Source of the DNA: Anaerohalosphaeraceae bacterium
Lineage (GTDB): Bacteria; Planctomycetota; Phycisphaerae; Sedimentisphaerales; Anaerohalosphaeraceae
Length of the DNA: 64,000 nucleotides
Direction of reading: 5' to 3'
Assembly (NCBI GenBank): GCA_050309605.1
Contig: JBNRMN010000068.1
Location: forward strand, 1-64,000
Part shown: piece by piece, positions 29,427 through 38,827 of the stretch
Layout: each line of letters opens with the position of its first letter
Numbering within the stretch: position 1 is the first letter of the stretch
Translations under genes and position numbers: made by a program
Notes under the pieces: model-generated
Databases searched by the model: none
Told to the model about the DNA's origin: nothing
Seen by the model: only the letters and a program-made list of their open reading frames with translations

Positions 29427-30328
29427 GGCAGATAACACCCGTAATGACGATAAAACAGACCGGCAGTTCGTGCTGTCATAATCCCCAGCCCCGTACCCAG
29501 GATATGAAAGAGGATGTCACGTCCAACTGTTTCAGCCGGCGCTCTCAGACGGTACAGCGACGCGGTCCATAACAGACCCACGATAGCCACCACCTGGATA
29601 TACAGCATGAGGTGCGGCCAAAACGCTTTCAGAGATGCACGCAGGATGTAATCGAACCGCAGTGCAAGCAATAGATCACGCGAGTAGGCATAAATCGTGA
29701 GCGACAGAGGAAAAAAGAACAATCCGACTGCGGCTGCCGCTGCAATCGGCCATTGAAGTCCGAGGCCGCTTAAATGGACAATCCACCACACCGCACCCGC
29801 CGGTGCAATACAGATTGCAAACAAGAGTGCCAGTGCATACGCGCCGGCAATGGAAGCGAATAACCGATCTGCCGTTCCCTCGTCAAACGGCCACGGCAGC
29901 GGTTCGTTCTGGTCGGCGGTGGATTGGATGACATCAAAAAGACAGCGGCATTGAAAGCCAACGGTCAGCGCGGTGACAAAAATTCCCACCGGAACCGGCA
30001 ACATGACGAAGAAAAAGGGGATATGAATAGCAAAAAAAGGATGTCCGAAGCAATAACGAATTATCGAAGAAAACACCAGCAAACCCGCCACGACCAGGCT
30101 GACGGGATTCAGCAGGGCGTTGGGACTTTGCCGCACCAGAGCCGTCCAAAATCCTGACCATGGCCCCTCATCCACATAGACCGGCTTAAGTGCTTTGGCG
30201 GCCTGCCCGGCCGGTGGAATCAGAAATTGTGTATTGCATTGGGTACAGCGCGCCCGCCGCCCAATATAACGGTCATGAAAACCGCATATTTGTCCGCAGC
30301 GGGGACATTGAAATTCCACTGTCGCCAT
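29423..30328 (-). CDS. Zinc-ribbon membrane protein (paralog 1)
   Basis: CPRCG...GRRARC..C...F.IP followed by about 6 TM segments; C-terminal G..YRHY. Confidence 0.75.
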   Translation of the reverse strand: MATVEFQCPRCGQICGFHDRYIGRRARCTQCNTQFLIPPAGQAAKALKPVYVDEGPWSGFWTALVRQSPNALLNPVSLVVAGLLVFSSIIRYCFGHPFFAIHIPFFFVMLPVPVGIFVTALTVGFQCRCLFDVIQSTADQNEPLPWPFDEGTADRLFASIAGAYALALLFAICIAPAGAVWWIVHLSGLGLQWPIAAAAAVGLFFFPLSLTIYAYSRDLLLALRFDYILRASLKAFWPHLMLYIQVVAIVGLLWTASLYRLRAPAETVGRDILFHILGTGLGIMTARTAGLFYRHYGCYLP

Positions 30329-31477
30329 TTATTCGACTTCCGGGTCGGTTTTCAGAGCATCCTGGAAGCTCTTCATATCATTGGCCCATTTCTGGGCTTC
30401 GAGCAAATCGACGAGGCCGCGTTTGACCAATATCGCCAGATGCCGCTCGAAGGTAATCATCTTTTCATCGGGCTGATTTTTGGTCTTGACCTGCATCTGG
30501 GAGTAAATCTGTTCGAGTTTGCCTTTGCGGATCAGATTGGCCACGGCATAATTGCTGTTGAGGATTTCCATCGCGACCAGTCGCCCGTTGCCGTCTTTTC
30601 GCGGCAGCAGTTTCTGACAGACGATATAGCGCAGCCCCAGTGAAAGCTGATTGCGTACTTCGTCTTGCCGTTCGGTGGGGAAAAAGTCGAGGATTCGCGT
30701 CAGCGTTCCGGTCACGTCGCGTGTATGCAGTGTCGAAAAGACCAGATGTCCCGTCTCGGCGGCGGTCAGCACCAGTGATACCGTCTCGGCATCGCGCATC
30801 TCGCCGACAAAAATGACATCGGGATCTTCCCGCATCATCGACCGCAGCCCCGAGGCAAACCGCATGACATCACGTCCGATCTCGCGTTGGGAAATCATTG
30901 AATTGTGTTGTGGAAAGATGTATTCAATCGGGTCTTCCAGCGTAATAATCCGACAGGCCCGATTTTCATTGATCCGCTGAATCAGTGAGGCGATGGTGGT
31001 GCTTTTACCGGCGCCGGTGATGCCGGTAAACAGGCACAGCCCCTGTTTGCGGCGGACGATGTCCTGCCAGCAGGTGTTGGGGAAACCGATTTTTTCAGGT
31101 ACCGGAATGTCATTGCCCAACGCGCGGATGGCGGCGGTCAGCCCGTCGTTGTCCTGAAACGCATTGATGCGAAATTGCAGCGAGCCGTATTTGTACGAGC
31201 AATCCACCGTACAGTCGCGCTTAAGGGCGGCGATATTCTTCTCTCCGAGCAGTGGATAGATCAGTCCTTCGGCGACCGCTTTGGTTACGATGCCGCCTTT
31301 GAGCCGCACCAGATCGCCGTCGATGCGGTATGCCGGCTGGGTACCGATTTTGATATGCAGGTCAGAGACCCGCATGGCCCCCATTTTCTCAAAATACGCC
31401 AGCATATCCGTAATGCTTAAAAACGCCCCTTCGCCGGCCGGATAAATTTTGGCATCCGCTAACAGTGGTTGTTCCAT
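30329..31477 (-). CDS. pilT: PilT/PilU-family ATPase
   Basis: SDLHI, GITGAGKSTT, EDPIE, REDPD, GEMRD, ETGHLVFSTLH. Confidence 0.88.
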   Translation of the reverse strand: MEQPLLADAKIYPAGEGAFLSITDMLAYFEKMGAMRVSDLHIKIGTQPAYRIDGDLVRLKGGIVTKAVAEGLIYPLLGEKNIAALKRDCTVDCSYKYGSLQFRINAFQDNDGLTAAIRALGNDIPVPEKIGFPNTCWQDIVRRKQGLCLFTGITGAGKSTTIASLIQRINENRACRIITLEDPIEYIFPQHNSMISQREIGRDVMRFASGLRSMMREDPDVIFVGEMRDAETVSLVLTAAETGHLVFSTLHTRDVTGTLTRILDFFPTERQDEVRNQLSLGLRYIVCQKLLPRKDGNGRLVAMEILNSNYAVANLIRKGKLEQIYSQMQVKTKNQPDEKMITFERHLAILVKRGLVDLLEAQKWANDMKSFQDALKTDPEVE

Positions 31478-31676
31478 TCAAGCCTCGCTCAATCAAACAT
31501 TCCAATCGGTTTTCACTGCCTATTTTAACCGCGGTGTGCCCAAAAGAAAAGCACAGAGCCAAAAAAACCTTCGCGCTCCGCGACCGATTCAGCACGTGTC
31601 AGGTCGGCGCCGAGCGGCCGAAAAGGCATCCGGCCCGACCGCTTGCGCCAGGGCGGCTTTTTGCTGATAATGTCGG

Positions 31677-31705
31677 TTGACAGGGGGGGGCTTGCTGCCT
31701 ATGAT
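31677..31705 (+). promoter_or_regulatory. Sigma70-like promoter of the kdsB operon
   Basis: TTGACA-N17-TATGAT. Confidence 0.55.
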
Positions 31706-31774
31706 AGGCGGGCAGTGGTCGATACGGTTTCATGAATCGCCTGAATCGTCATTATCACTGCAAGGAACAAAGAC

Positions 31775-32515
31775 GTGAAAATAATGGTGGTCATTCCCGC
31801 CCGTTACGGGTCCAGTCGGATGGCGGGCAAGGTTCTGGCTAAAGAAACGGGCAAATATCTTGTTCAGCATACGTATGAACGCGCGCTGGGCGCCGAGCGT
31901 GTCAGCGAGGTGGTCATTGCCGCCGATGATGAGCGGGTTGCGGCCGCCTGTCGGGCGTTTGGCGCGCCGTGTGTGATGACCTGCCCGACCCATCCGAGCG
32001 GCACTGACCGTATCGCCGAGGCGGCGGCCAATCGCCCCTGCGATATTGTGGTCAACCTGCAGGCCGATGAGCCGGAAATCGCCCCGGCATATATTGATCG
32101 CGTAGCGGAGCTGCTCGTGCAAAATCCCGATGCGCAAATGGCGACATTGCTGGCGCCTTTCCAAACGCTCGAGGAAGTAGCCAACCCCAATATCGTCAAA
32201 TGTATTACAGATAAAAACGGACGAGCATTGTACTTTTCGCGTTCGCCGGTTCCTTATGACCGAGAAAACGGGGGCGTGGGAGAGGTGAGCCTCTATCGCC
32301 GGCATTTGGGGATTTACGCCTACCGAAAAGAGTTTTTGCTGGTGTATGCGACGCTGCCGCCCAGTCGGCTCGAACAGTGCGAAAAACTCGAACAGCTTCG
32401 CGCTCTGGACAACGGGTTTACCATTTTAACCGATACGGTCGAACGTGCCTGGGACGGGATCGACACCCCCGAACAGTATGCAGCGTTTGTGGCACGGCAA
32501 GATAACGTTGAATAA
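31775..32515 (+). CDS. kdsB: 3-deoxy-manno-octulosonate cytidylyltransferase
   Basis: IPARYGSSR..GK, SGTDRI, VNLQ.DEP, ALYFSR, HLGIYAY, E.LEQLRAL. Confidence 0.96.
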   Translation: MKIMVVIPARYGSSRMAGKVLAKETGKYLVQHTYERALGAERVSEVVIAADDERVAAACRAFGAPCVMTCPTHPSGTDRIAEAAANRPCDIVVNLQADEPEIAPAYIDRVAELLVQNPDAQMATLLAPFQTLEEVANPNIVKCITDKNGRALYFSRSPVPYDRENGGVGEVSLYRRHLGIYAYRKEFLLVYATLPPSRLEQCEKLEQLRALDNGFTILTDTVERAWDGIDTPEQYAAFVARQDNVE

Positions 32516-32524
32516 AGGTGAGCT

Positions 32525-33682
32525 ATGTACGTTTCCGGCCTTAGTTTGCAGAATTGGAAAAATTTTAGAAAAGTGGATGTGAAACTTCGCAGACGGATGT
32601 TTCTTGCGGGTCCGAATGCGAGCGGGAAATCCAATTTTCTGGATGTTTTTCGTTTTCTAAGAGATATTGTGAAGGCCGGCGGCGGACTCCAGCAGGCTGT
32701 GCAGGATCGGGGCGGCCTGTCAAAGATTCGATGTTTGGCGGCACGCCAGGAACCGGACATTGAAATTGAAGTCCATTTATCCGATACGGAATTGGGTGGA
32801 ACTGTCCCTGTGTGGAAATATGCAATCGGGATTAAGCAGCAGCCCCGTGGACATCGGCAACCCTATCTCAGTTTTGAACGTATTTGGTACCGTGGTGAAC
32901 GGATTTTGAACCGACCGGATGATTCAGACCGGCAAGACGATCTCCGCCTGACCCAAACACATTTGGAACAAATCAGTGCAAATGAAAAGTTCAGGGCGAT
33001 TTCCAATTTTTTTAACAGTGTTTCATACTTGCATTTAGTGCCGCAGTTGGTTCGAAACCCGGAGGCATTTTCCGGCTCCAATATTGCGGGCGATCCTTAT
33101 GGCCGCAACTTTCTGGAACGTGTCGCCAGAACCACGGAAAAGACGCGCAGGGCGAGACTTCGTAAAATTGAACAAGCTCTGGTCAAAGCTGTTCCGCAAT
33201 TGAAACACGTGACAGATATAAAAGACGAAGCGGGAATTCCTCACCTGGAAGCTGTTTATGAACATTGGCGACCACGAGGCGCAAAGCAAAGAGAAGATCA
33301 GTTTTCCGATGGAACCCTTCGGCTGATCGCTTTTTTCTGGAGTTTGATGGAAAGTGACAATTTGCTCTTGATGGAAGAGCCGGAATTGTCCTTAAATGCG
33401 GCAATCGTAAAACTTTTGCCTTCTATTATACATCGATTTCAAAAGAAGAAAACAAGGCAAGTGATTCTGAGCACTCACAGCGCCGAATTGTTGGACGATA
33501 AAGGGATTGACGGCAGTGAAGTGCTTGTTTTGACGCCCGCTGTCGAAGGAACTGAAATCAAAGTTGCCTCTGATATTGAAGAAGTTCGCCTGCTTCTTGA
33601 GGGAGGGTTTACAATTGCCGAGGCGGTTTTGCCCAGAACGGAACCCAAGGCAATGCAACAGGGATTTTTATTTGATGTCTAA
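32525..33682 (+). CDS. Soluble ABC-type (AAA_21-like) ATPase
   Basis: Walker A GPNASGKSN, signature FSDGTLR, Walker B LLLMEEPE, H-loop STHS; no TM segments. Confidence 0.9.
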   Translation: MYVSGLSLQNWKNFRKVDVKLRRRMFLAGPNASGKSNFLDVFRFLRDIVKAGGGLQQAVQDRGGLSKIRCLAARQEPDIEIEVHLSDTELGGTVPVWKYAIGIKQQPRGHRQPYLSFERIWYRGERILNRPDDSDRQDDLRLTQTHLEQISANEKFRAISNFFNSVSYLHLVPQLVRNPEAFSGSNIAGDPYGRNFLERVARTTEKTRRARLRKIEQALVKAVPQLKHVTDIKDEAGIPHLEAVYEHWRPRGAKQREDQFSDGTLRLIAFFWSLMESDNLLLMEEPELSLNAAIVKLLPSIIHRFQKKKTRQVILSTHSAELLDDKGIDGSEVLVLTPAVEGTEIKVASDIEEVRLLLEGGFTIAEAVLPRTEPKAMQQGFLFDV

Positions 33683-34271
33683 TCGGCCCATCAATCTTAT
33701 TTTTGAGGATGACCTGTCCGGAGCGGTATTGCGACGATTGTTCTCCGAGATCAGGCCCGATTGTGAGATTGGCCTTGCCTATCGCACTGGCGGAAAGGGA
33801 AATATTAAACGCAGATTGAGGGGTTTCAATCATGCCGCCAAGGGAATGGCATATTTTATTTTGGTGGATTTAGATGCGGACTATGCGTGTCCGCCGGCAT
33901 TGCTTCAAGATTGGTTTGAGCATGACAAGCATCCGAATTTGCATTTTCGCATAGCTGTTAGAGAAGTAGAGTCCTGGTTGTTGGCGTCTCGATGTGCATT
34001 TTCTAATTATTTTGGAATATCAAAAAAAATAATCCCTGAAATTCCGGATCAGGTATCAGATCCCAAAGAATTGCTATTGAAAATTGCGGGGAAATCCAGA
34101 AAGAAAAGTCTTCGGGATGATATCGTACCACAGATAAGAACAACGGCAAGGGTTGGTCCAAATTACAATGCCAGATTGGAAGAGTTTGTCAGTCAGCGGT
34201 GGGACTACCAGGAGGCAATATCGTCTTCAGAAAGCCTTCGGCGCACGGTTGAATATTTGAAAAAAATGTAA
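33675..34271 (+). CDS. TOPRIM-like protein (DUF4276-like), partner of the ATPase
   Basis: N-terminal strand then FEDD, DLD, EVESWLL, DPKE; ATG overlaps the ATPase stop by 8 nt. Confidence 0.75.
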   Translation: MSNRPINLIFEDDLSGAVLRRLFSEIRPDCEIGLAYRTGGKGNIKRRLRGFNHAAKGMAYFILVDLDADYACPPALLQDWFEHDKHPNLHFRIAVREVESWLLASRCAFSNYFGISKKIIPEIPDQVSDPKELLLKIAGKSRKKSLRDDIVPQIRTTARVGPNYNARLEEFVSQRWDYQEAISSSESLRRTVEYLKKM

Positions 34272-34301
34272 GCATTCATTACCCGATTTCAAGAAGATAT
34301 T

Positions 34302-36071
34302 ATGAAAGAAAGCAGAGAATTACTGGCGCAGGCAGCCGAAACGTCAACGGATGAGTTTTTTCTGCCGCTGCCCGACGGCTACCAAAAGGGGAAAACACGC
34401 TATGTCATTGTGATGGGCACGGTAATGAGCGGTTTGGGCAAGGGCATTTTTTCGTCCTGTCTGGCCAAGCTCCTGCAGGATAAGGGACTGAAGGTCGCCC
34501 CCATCAAACTGGAAGGGTATCTGAATATCGATTCGGGAACGCTCAATCCGTTTCGTCACGGCGAAGTGTTTGTGCTGGATGACGGGATGGAGACCGATAT
34601 GGATCTGGGGACCTATGAGCGAATGCTTGATCAGAACCTCAGCCGGGCGAATTTTTCCACCAGCGGCCAGATTTATCGCTCTGTTCTGGACAAAGAGCGG
34701 CACGGCGAATATCTGGGCCGCGATGTGCAGATGATTCCGCATGTCACCGGCGAGGTCAAGCTGCGTCTGCGCGAACTGGCGGTCAAAACCGATGCCGATG
34801 TGGTCTTCGTGGAAATCGGCGGGACGGTCGGCGATCTGGAAAATGCGTTTTATATTGAGGCCATGCGCGAATTGGCCTATGAGGAAGGCCCGCATAGCTG
34901 CTGCTTTGTCGCACTGACTTATATTCTTGAGCCGCACGCCCTCGGCGAACAGAAATCCAAGGCCGCCCAATTGGGCATCAAACAATTAATGCAGACCGGC
35001 ATTCAGCCGGATATCATTGCCTGCCGAGCGGAAAATCCGGTCTCCGAAACCGCGCTGCAGAAAATCAGTGTATTCGGCAACGTGCCGGCCGAGCGTGTCT
35101 TTAGTATGCACGATTCGGCCAGCATCTATTCCATTCCGGCGATGCTGCGTGACTGTGGGCTGGATTTTGAGGTGTTGCGATTGCTGCGGATTGAAGACCG
35201 CACCAAACTGCGCTATGAACGCAAGGAATGGGAACGATGGTGCGATTTTACCGACAAGATCGGCAAAGAAGACAAAGAAGTGACCATCGGCGTTACCGGC
35301 AAGTACACCTCTGTGCGCGACAGCTATGCCTCGATTCTGAACGCGCTGGAGCACGCCGGGATTCATCTGGCCTGCAAGGTCCACGTGGAATGGATTGAAA
35401 CGACCGATCTGACGGACCATAACGCCGATCAATGGCTAAAGAATGTGGACGGCATTATTGTGCCCGGAGGGTTCGGGGCCAGGGGTCTGGAGGGTAAAAT
35501 CTCAAGCGTTCGCTACACACGCGAACACAACATTCCTTATCTGGGGTTGTGTCTGGGCTTCCAGGCGGCGGTGATCGAGTATGCCCGCAATGTCTGCGGC
35601 CTGAGCGGCGCCAATACCACCGAGGTCGATCCGAAATGCCCTGAACCGTTGATTGACGTGCTGCCCGAACAGAAAAAAATCGAAGGTCTGGGCGGCAATA
35701 TGCGGCTGGGCGGACAGGATGTTGCTATTAAACCCGACACCCTTGCCTGGCGATTGTTCGGTCGGGCAGAGTCGGTCCGTCTGCGATTTCGACATCGCTA
35801 CGAAGTCGATCCTAACTATATCCCCTTGCTTGAGCAGCACGGCCTTGTCTTTTCGGGTAAATCGCCGGTCCAGCCGATTATGCAGATTCTTGAACTGCCC
35901 GGCCATCCGTTTTATATGGGCACGCAGGCCCACCCGGAATTGACCAGCCGACCGCTGCGTCCGCAGCCGATGTTTGTGGCGCTGGTAGCTGCAGCGATCC
36001 GAAAACGGTATGCCGACACCGCTCACGCCGCCCCTGAAAAAGCGGTACAGGCGGTTTGTCGAACGGTATAG
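34302..36071 (+). CDS. pyrG: CTP synthase
   Basis: V.SGLGKG, YLNID.GT..PF.HGEVFV, IEIGGTVGD-like EIGGTVGD, GKY, PGGFG, GLCLG.Q, RHRYE, HPE. Confidence 0.97.
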   Translation: MKESRELLAQAAETSTDEFFLPLPDGYQKGKTRYVIVMGTVMSGLGKGIFSSCLAKLLQDKGLKVAPIKLEGYLNIDSGTLNPFRHGEVFVLDDGMETDMDLGTYERMLDQNLSRANFSTSGQIYRSVLDKERHGEYLGRDVQMIPHVTGEVKLRLRELAVKTDADVVFVEIGGTVGDLENAFYIEAMRELAYEEGPHSCCFVALTYILEPHALGEQKSKAAQLGIKQLMQTGIQPDIIACRAENPVSETALQKISVFGNVPAERVFSMHDSASIYSIPAMLRDCGLDFEVLRLLRIEDRTKLRYERKEWERWCDFTDKIGKEDKEVTIGVTGKYTSVRDSYASILNALEHAGIHLACKVHVEWIETTDLTDHNADQWLKNVDGIIVPGGFGARGLEGKISSVRYTREHNIPYLGLCLGFQAAVIEYARNVCGLSGANTTEVDPKCPEPLIDVLPEQKKIEGLGGNMRLGGQDVAIKPDTLAWRLFGRAESVRLRFRHRYEVDPNYIPLLEQHGLVFSGKSPVQPIMQILELPGHPFYMGTQAHPELTSRPLRPQPMFVALVAAAIRKRYADTAHAAPEKAVQAVCRTV

Positions 36072-36092
36072 GACATAACGGGCGTGGTTTGA

Positions 36093-36446
36093 CTACGGGG
36101 ATTGCACTTGTTCAAGCTGTTGTTTGAGCCGTTCGTTTTCCTGGCGGAGCGTGTCGGCTCGTTGTTCGGCTTCGGCGGTCATTTGCAGCAGACGAAAAGT
36201 CGTTTCGTCGGTTTGCTCGGAGATGTGTTGTTTTTCCTGTTTGAGTTGTTCGATTTGTTTCTCGAGTTGCGCGATGTGTTTGTCTTTTTCCTCGAGCTGT
36301 TTTTTCAGCGCGATATTTTCATTGGCGACCAAGCGTGCCCGACGGATCAGTGCGGCATCCGATTCGGGGTCCCCGCAGCCCGATGCCAAAAGAATCAAGC
36401 TAAAAAGCAGCCCCAAGCTTATCACGACACGATACATCGTTTTCAT
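36093..36446 (-). CDS. Putative lipoprotein with a coiled coil
   Basis: Signal peptide with lipobox LASGC, heptad-rich Q/E/K body, CAGGAG SD. Confidence 0.7.
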   Translation of the reverse strand: MKTMYRVVISLGLLFSLILLASGCGDPESDAALIRRARLVANENIALKKQLEEKDKHIAQLEKQIEQLKQEKQHISEQTDETTFRLLQMTAEAEQRADTLRQENERLKQQLEQVQSP

Positions 36447-36572
36447 AGTGGTCTCCTGAAATTAATCGGTTCACAACACCGCACTAAGCGGTATTGTACC
36501 CGTCGGCTATTTCAGGGGCAATCTTAATTTATCTAACCTGTCGTCTTGGGATTGAGAAAGGCGAATAAACCG

Positions 36573-38777
36573 ATGGACTCTGTTAAATCAGCCGCATCAG
36601 GCGAATCGAGTGCGAAGTTTGGGACGTTCGGCGGCGTCTTTACGCCCAGTGTGCTGACAATCCTGGGGGTGATTATGTTTTTGCGATTTCCCGCGGTGGT
36701 CGGATATGCCGGGCTGTGGGGTGCTTTAATCATTCTATTGTCGGCAAAGATTATCACGATAACAACCGCCCTGTCTCTGTCTTCCATATCAACCAATATG
36801 ACCGTCAAAGGCGGCGGGGCGTATTATCTCATCAGCCGGAGTCTTGGCGTGGAATTCGGGGCAATGATCGCCGTGTTCTTTTTCGTTGCCCAGGCGGTGG
36901 CTGTAACCCTCTATATCGTCGGCTTCACCGAAGCGGTCTTTTCGGCATTTCCGACAATTGATCTGTCCTTTCGAACACTGGCCACAATCACCAATCTGCT
37001 TGTATTTGTGTGCGTGTACATCGGTGCGGGCTGGACCATTCGAATTCAATACGGCATTCTCATCATTTTATTGGTGTCCATTGCATCGTTTTTTATCGGC
37101 GCCGGTCAACAGTTCTCAGTAGCCGTATTGTCCGATAATGTGACACCTCGCTGGACCGACGTTTACACCCCGTATGCCGTCTTTGCCCTGTTTTTCCCGG
37201 CGGTAACGGGGATTATGGCGGGTGTGAATATGTCCGGCAATCTGAAAGATCCCAGCCGTTCAATGCCTCGCGGAACCTTTGCGGCAATAGGGTTTACGAT
37301 GGTGGTGTACAGTGGTATCGCATTGTGTTTGGCGGCGAGCAACACCCGGTCGGTCCTGACAGGAGAGGGGTTTGTTATGATGCAGACAGCTCGCTGGGGC
37401 GGATTGATTTACGCCGGAGTCATCTCCGCTACATTGTCATCAGCGCTGAGCAGTATGATGGGAGCGCCGCGGATTTTGCAGGCCTTTGCCCAGGACAATG
37501 TGGTTTCATGGCTTCGATGGGCCGGTCGGGTCAGCGGATTTGCCAGCGAGCCGCGACGGGCTATTGTGATTACATTCCTGATCGCACAAGTCGGGATACT
37601 GGTCGGCGATCTGGACAGTATCGCACCGATTATCACGATGTTTTTTTTATTAACATACGGGACGATTAACCTGGCATGTTTTTTTGAGAGTGTAACGCGC
37701 AATCCCAGTTTTCGTCCGACCTTTAAATTAAATCACTGGTCGATTGCGTTGTTCGGGGCGCTGAGCTGTCTGGCGGTGATGTTTTTGGTCAATGTCGTGT
37801 GGGCAACGGCGGCGATTGTTCTGGCCGCGGGATTGTTTTTTGTGATTAAACGGGCCGAAATTGTAGTTCATTGGGGTGATTTAAGCAGCGGGTTGGCATT
37901 TCAGCGTGCGCGTAATGCGCTGTTGCGTCTGGAAAAGGAGCGATATCATCCCAAAAACTGGCGTCCGTCGATTTTAACGCTGAGTGCCAACCCCAAAAAT
38001 CGGCTGCATTTGCTTAAATACGCCTGTTTGCTCTCGGCTGACCGTGGGATTGTCTCACTGTGTCAGGTCATTTCCGGTCGCCTGGAAGAGCATCTGGACC
38101 GTCAGATTGAGGGGGAAAAGGTGCTGCGAAAATATATCGCCAAAGAAGGGCTGGCCGCATTTCCGGCGGTCGTCGTGGATGAGAGTTTTGCCGACGGCCT
38201 TAAATCACTGATGCAATGTCACGGTATCGGCGGACTGCGGTCGAATACGGTCCTGATGGGCTGGAGTGAAGATCCGTCAAAATCGGAAATCATTTCAATC
38301 ATCCTGCGTCTTGTCGAAAAAATGAAGCGCAATGTTCTGATTGTGCGGTCACAGCGGCAAGCGGAACAATGGGATATGCCGACAGGCTGCATCAATATCT
38401 GGTGGACGGATTCAACCAACGGTCCGATGATGCTTTTGCTTGGATTTCTCTTGAAAGAAAATCGCCTATGGCAGGATTGTCCGTTGCGTGTGTTGCGTCC
38501 GGTGCCGCTCAAGGCCGATGTGGATAATGTGACCGCCGAGATGGAACACATCCTCGAAGCTGCGCGTATTCGAGCCGAGCTGGCGGTATTGCCGACGGAC
38601 ACGCCCCTTCAAGCCGTCAAAGAAGCCATGCATCCTTCGGCAGTTCTGTTTGCGGGGCTGGAACCGATAGAGAATCAGAATCTCTGTACATGGATTCCGT
38701 CAATGCAGACGGTTGTTGACTTGCCCGGTGATGTGATTTTGGTTTACAATGCAAGTGATATCTCTTTGCTGGCCTGA
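36573..38777 (+). CDS. APC-superfamily transporter, cation-chloride cotransporter (SLC12)-like
   Basis: FGTFGGVF.P..LTILGVIMFLR, GGGAYYLISRSLG.EFG, FFPAVTGIMAG, PSFRPTF, KNWRP, soluble C-terminal domain. Confidence 0.88.
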   Translation: MDSVKSAASGESSAKFGTFGGVFTPSVLTILGVIMFLRFPAVVGYAGLWGALIILLSAKIITITTALSLSSISTNMTVKGGGAYYLISRSLGVEFGAMIAVFFFVAQAVAVTLYIVGFTEAVFSAFPTIDLSFRTLATITNLLVFVCVYIGAGWTIRIQYGILIILLVSIASFFIGAGQQFSVAVLSDNVTPRWTDVYTPYAVFALFFPAVTGIMAGVNMSGNLKDPSRSMPRGTFAAIGFTMVVYSGIALCLAASNTRSVLTGEGFVMMQTARWGGLIYAGVISATLSSALSSMMGAPRILQAFAQDNVVSWLRWAGRVSGFASEPRRAIVITFLIAQVGILVGDLDSIAPIITMFFLLTYGTINLACFFESVTRNPSFRPTFKLNHWSIALFGALSCLAVMFLVNVVWATAAIVLAAGLFFVIKRAEIVVHWGDLSSGLAFQRARNALLRLEKERYHPKNWRPSILTLSANPKNRLHLLKYACLLSADRGIVSLCQVISGRLEEHLDRQIEGEKVLRKYIAKEGLAAFPAVVVDESFADGLKSLMQCHGIGGLRSNTVLMGWSEDPSKSEIISIILRLVEKMKRNVLIVRSQRQAEQWDMPTGCINIWWTDSTNGPMMLLLGFLLKENRLWQDCPLRVLRPVPLKADVDNVTAEMEHILEAARIRAELAVLPTDTPLQAVKEAMHPSAVLFAGLEPIENQNLCTWIPSMQTVVDLPGDVILVYNASDISLLA

Positions 38778-38827
38778 GTGGCGGATTTTATTGCGGATTT
38801 TGAGGCGATTGGCCGATAAAAAAGTAA

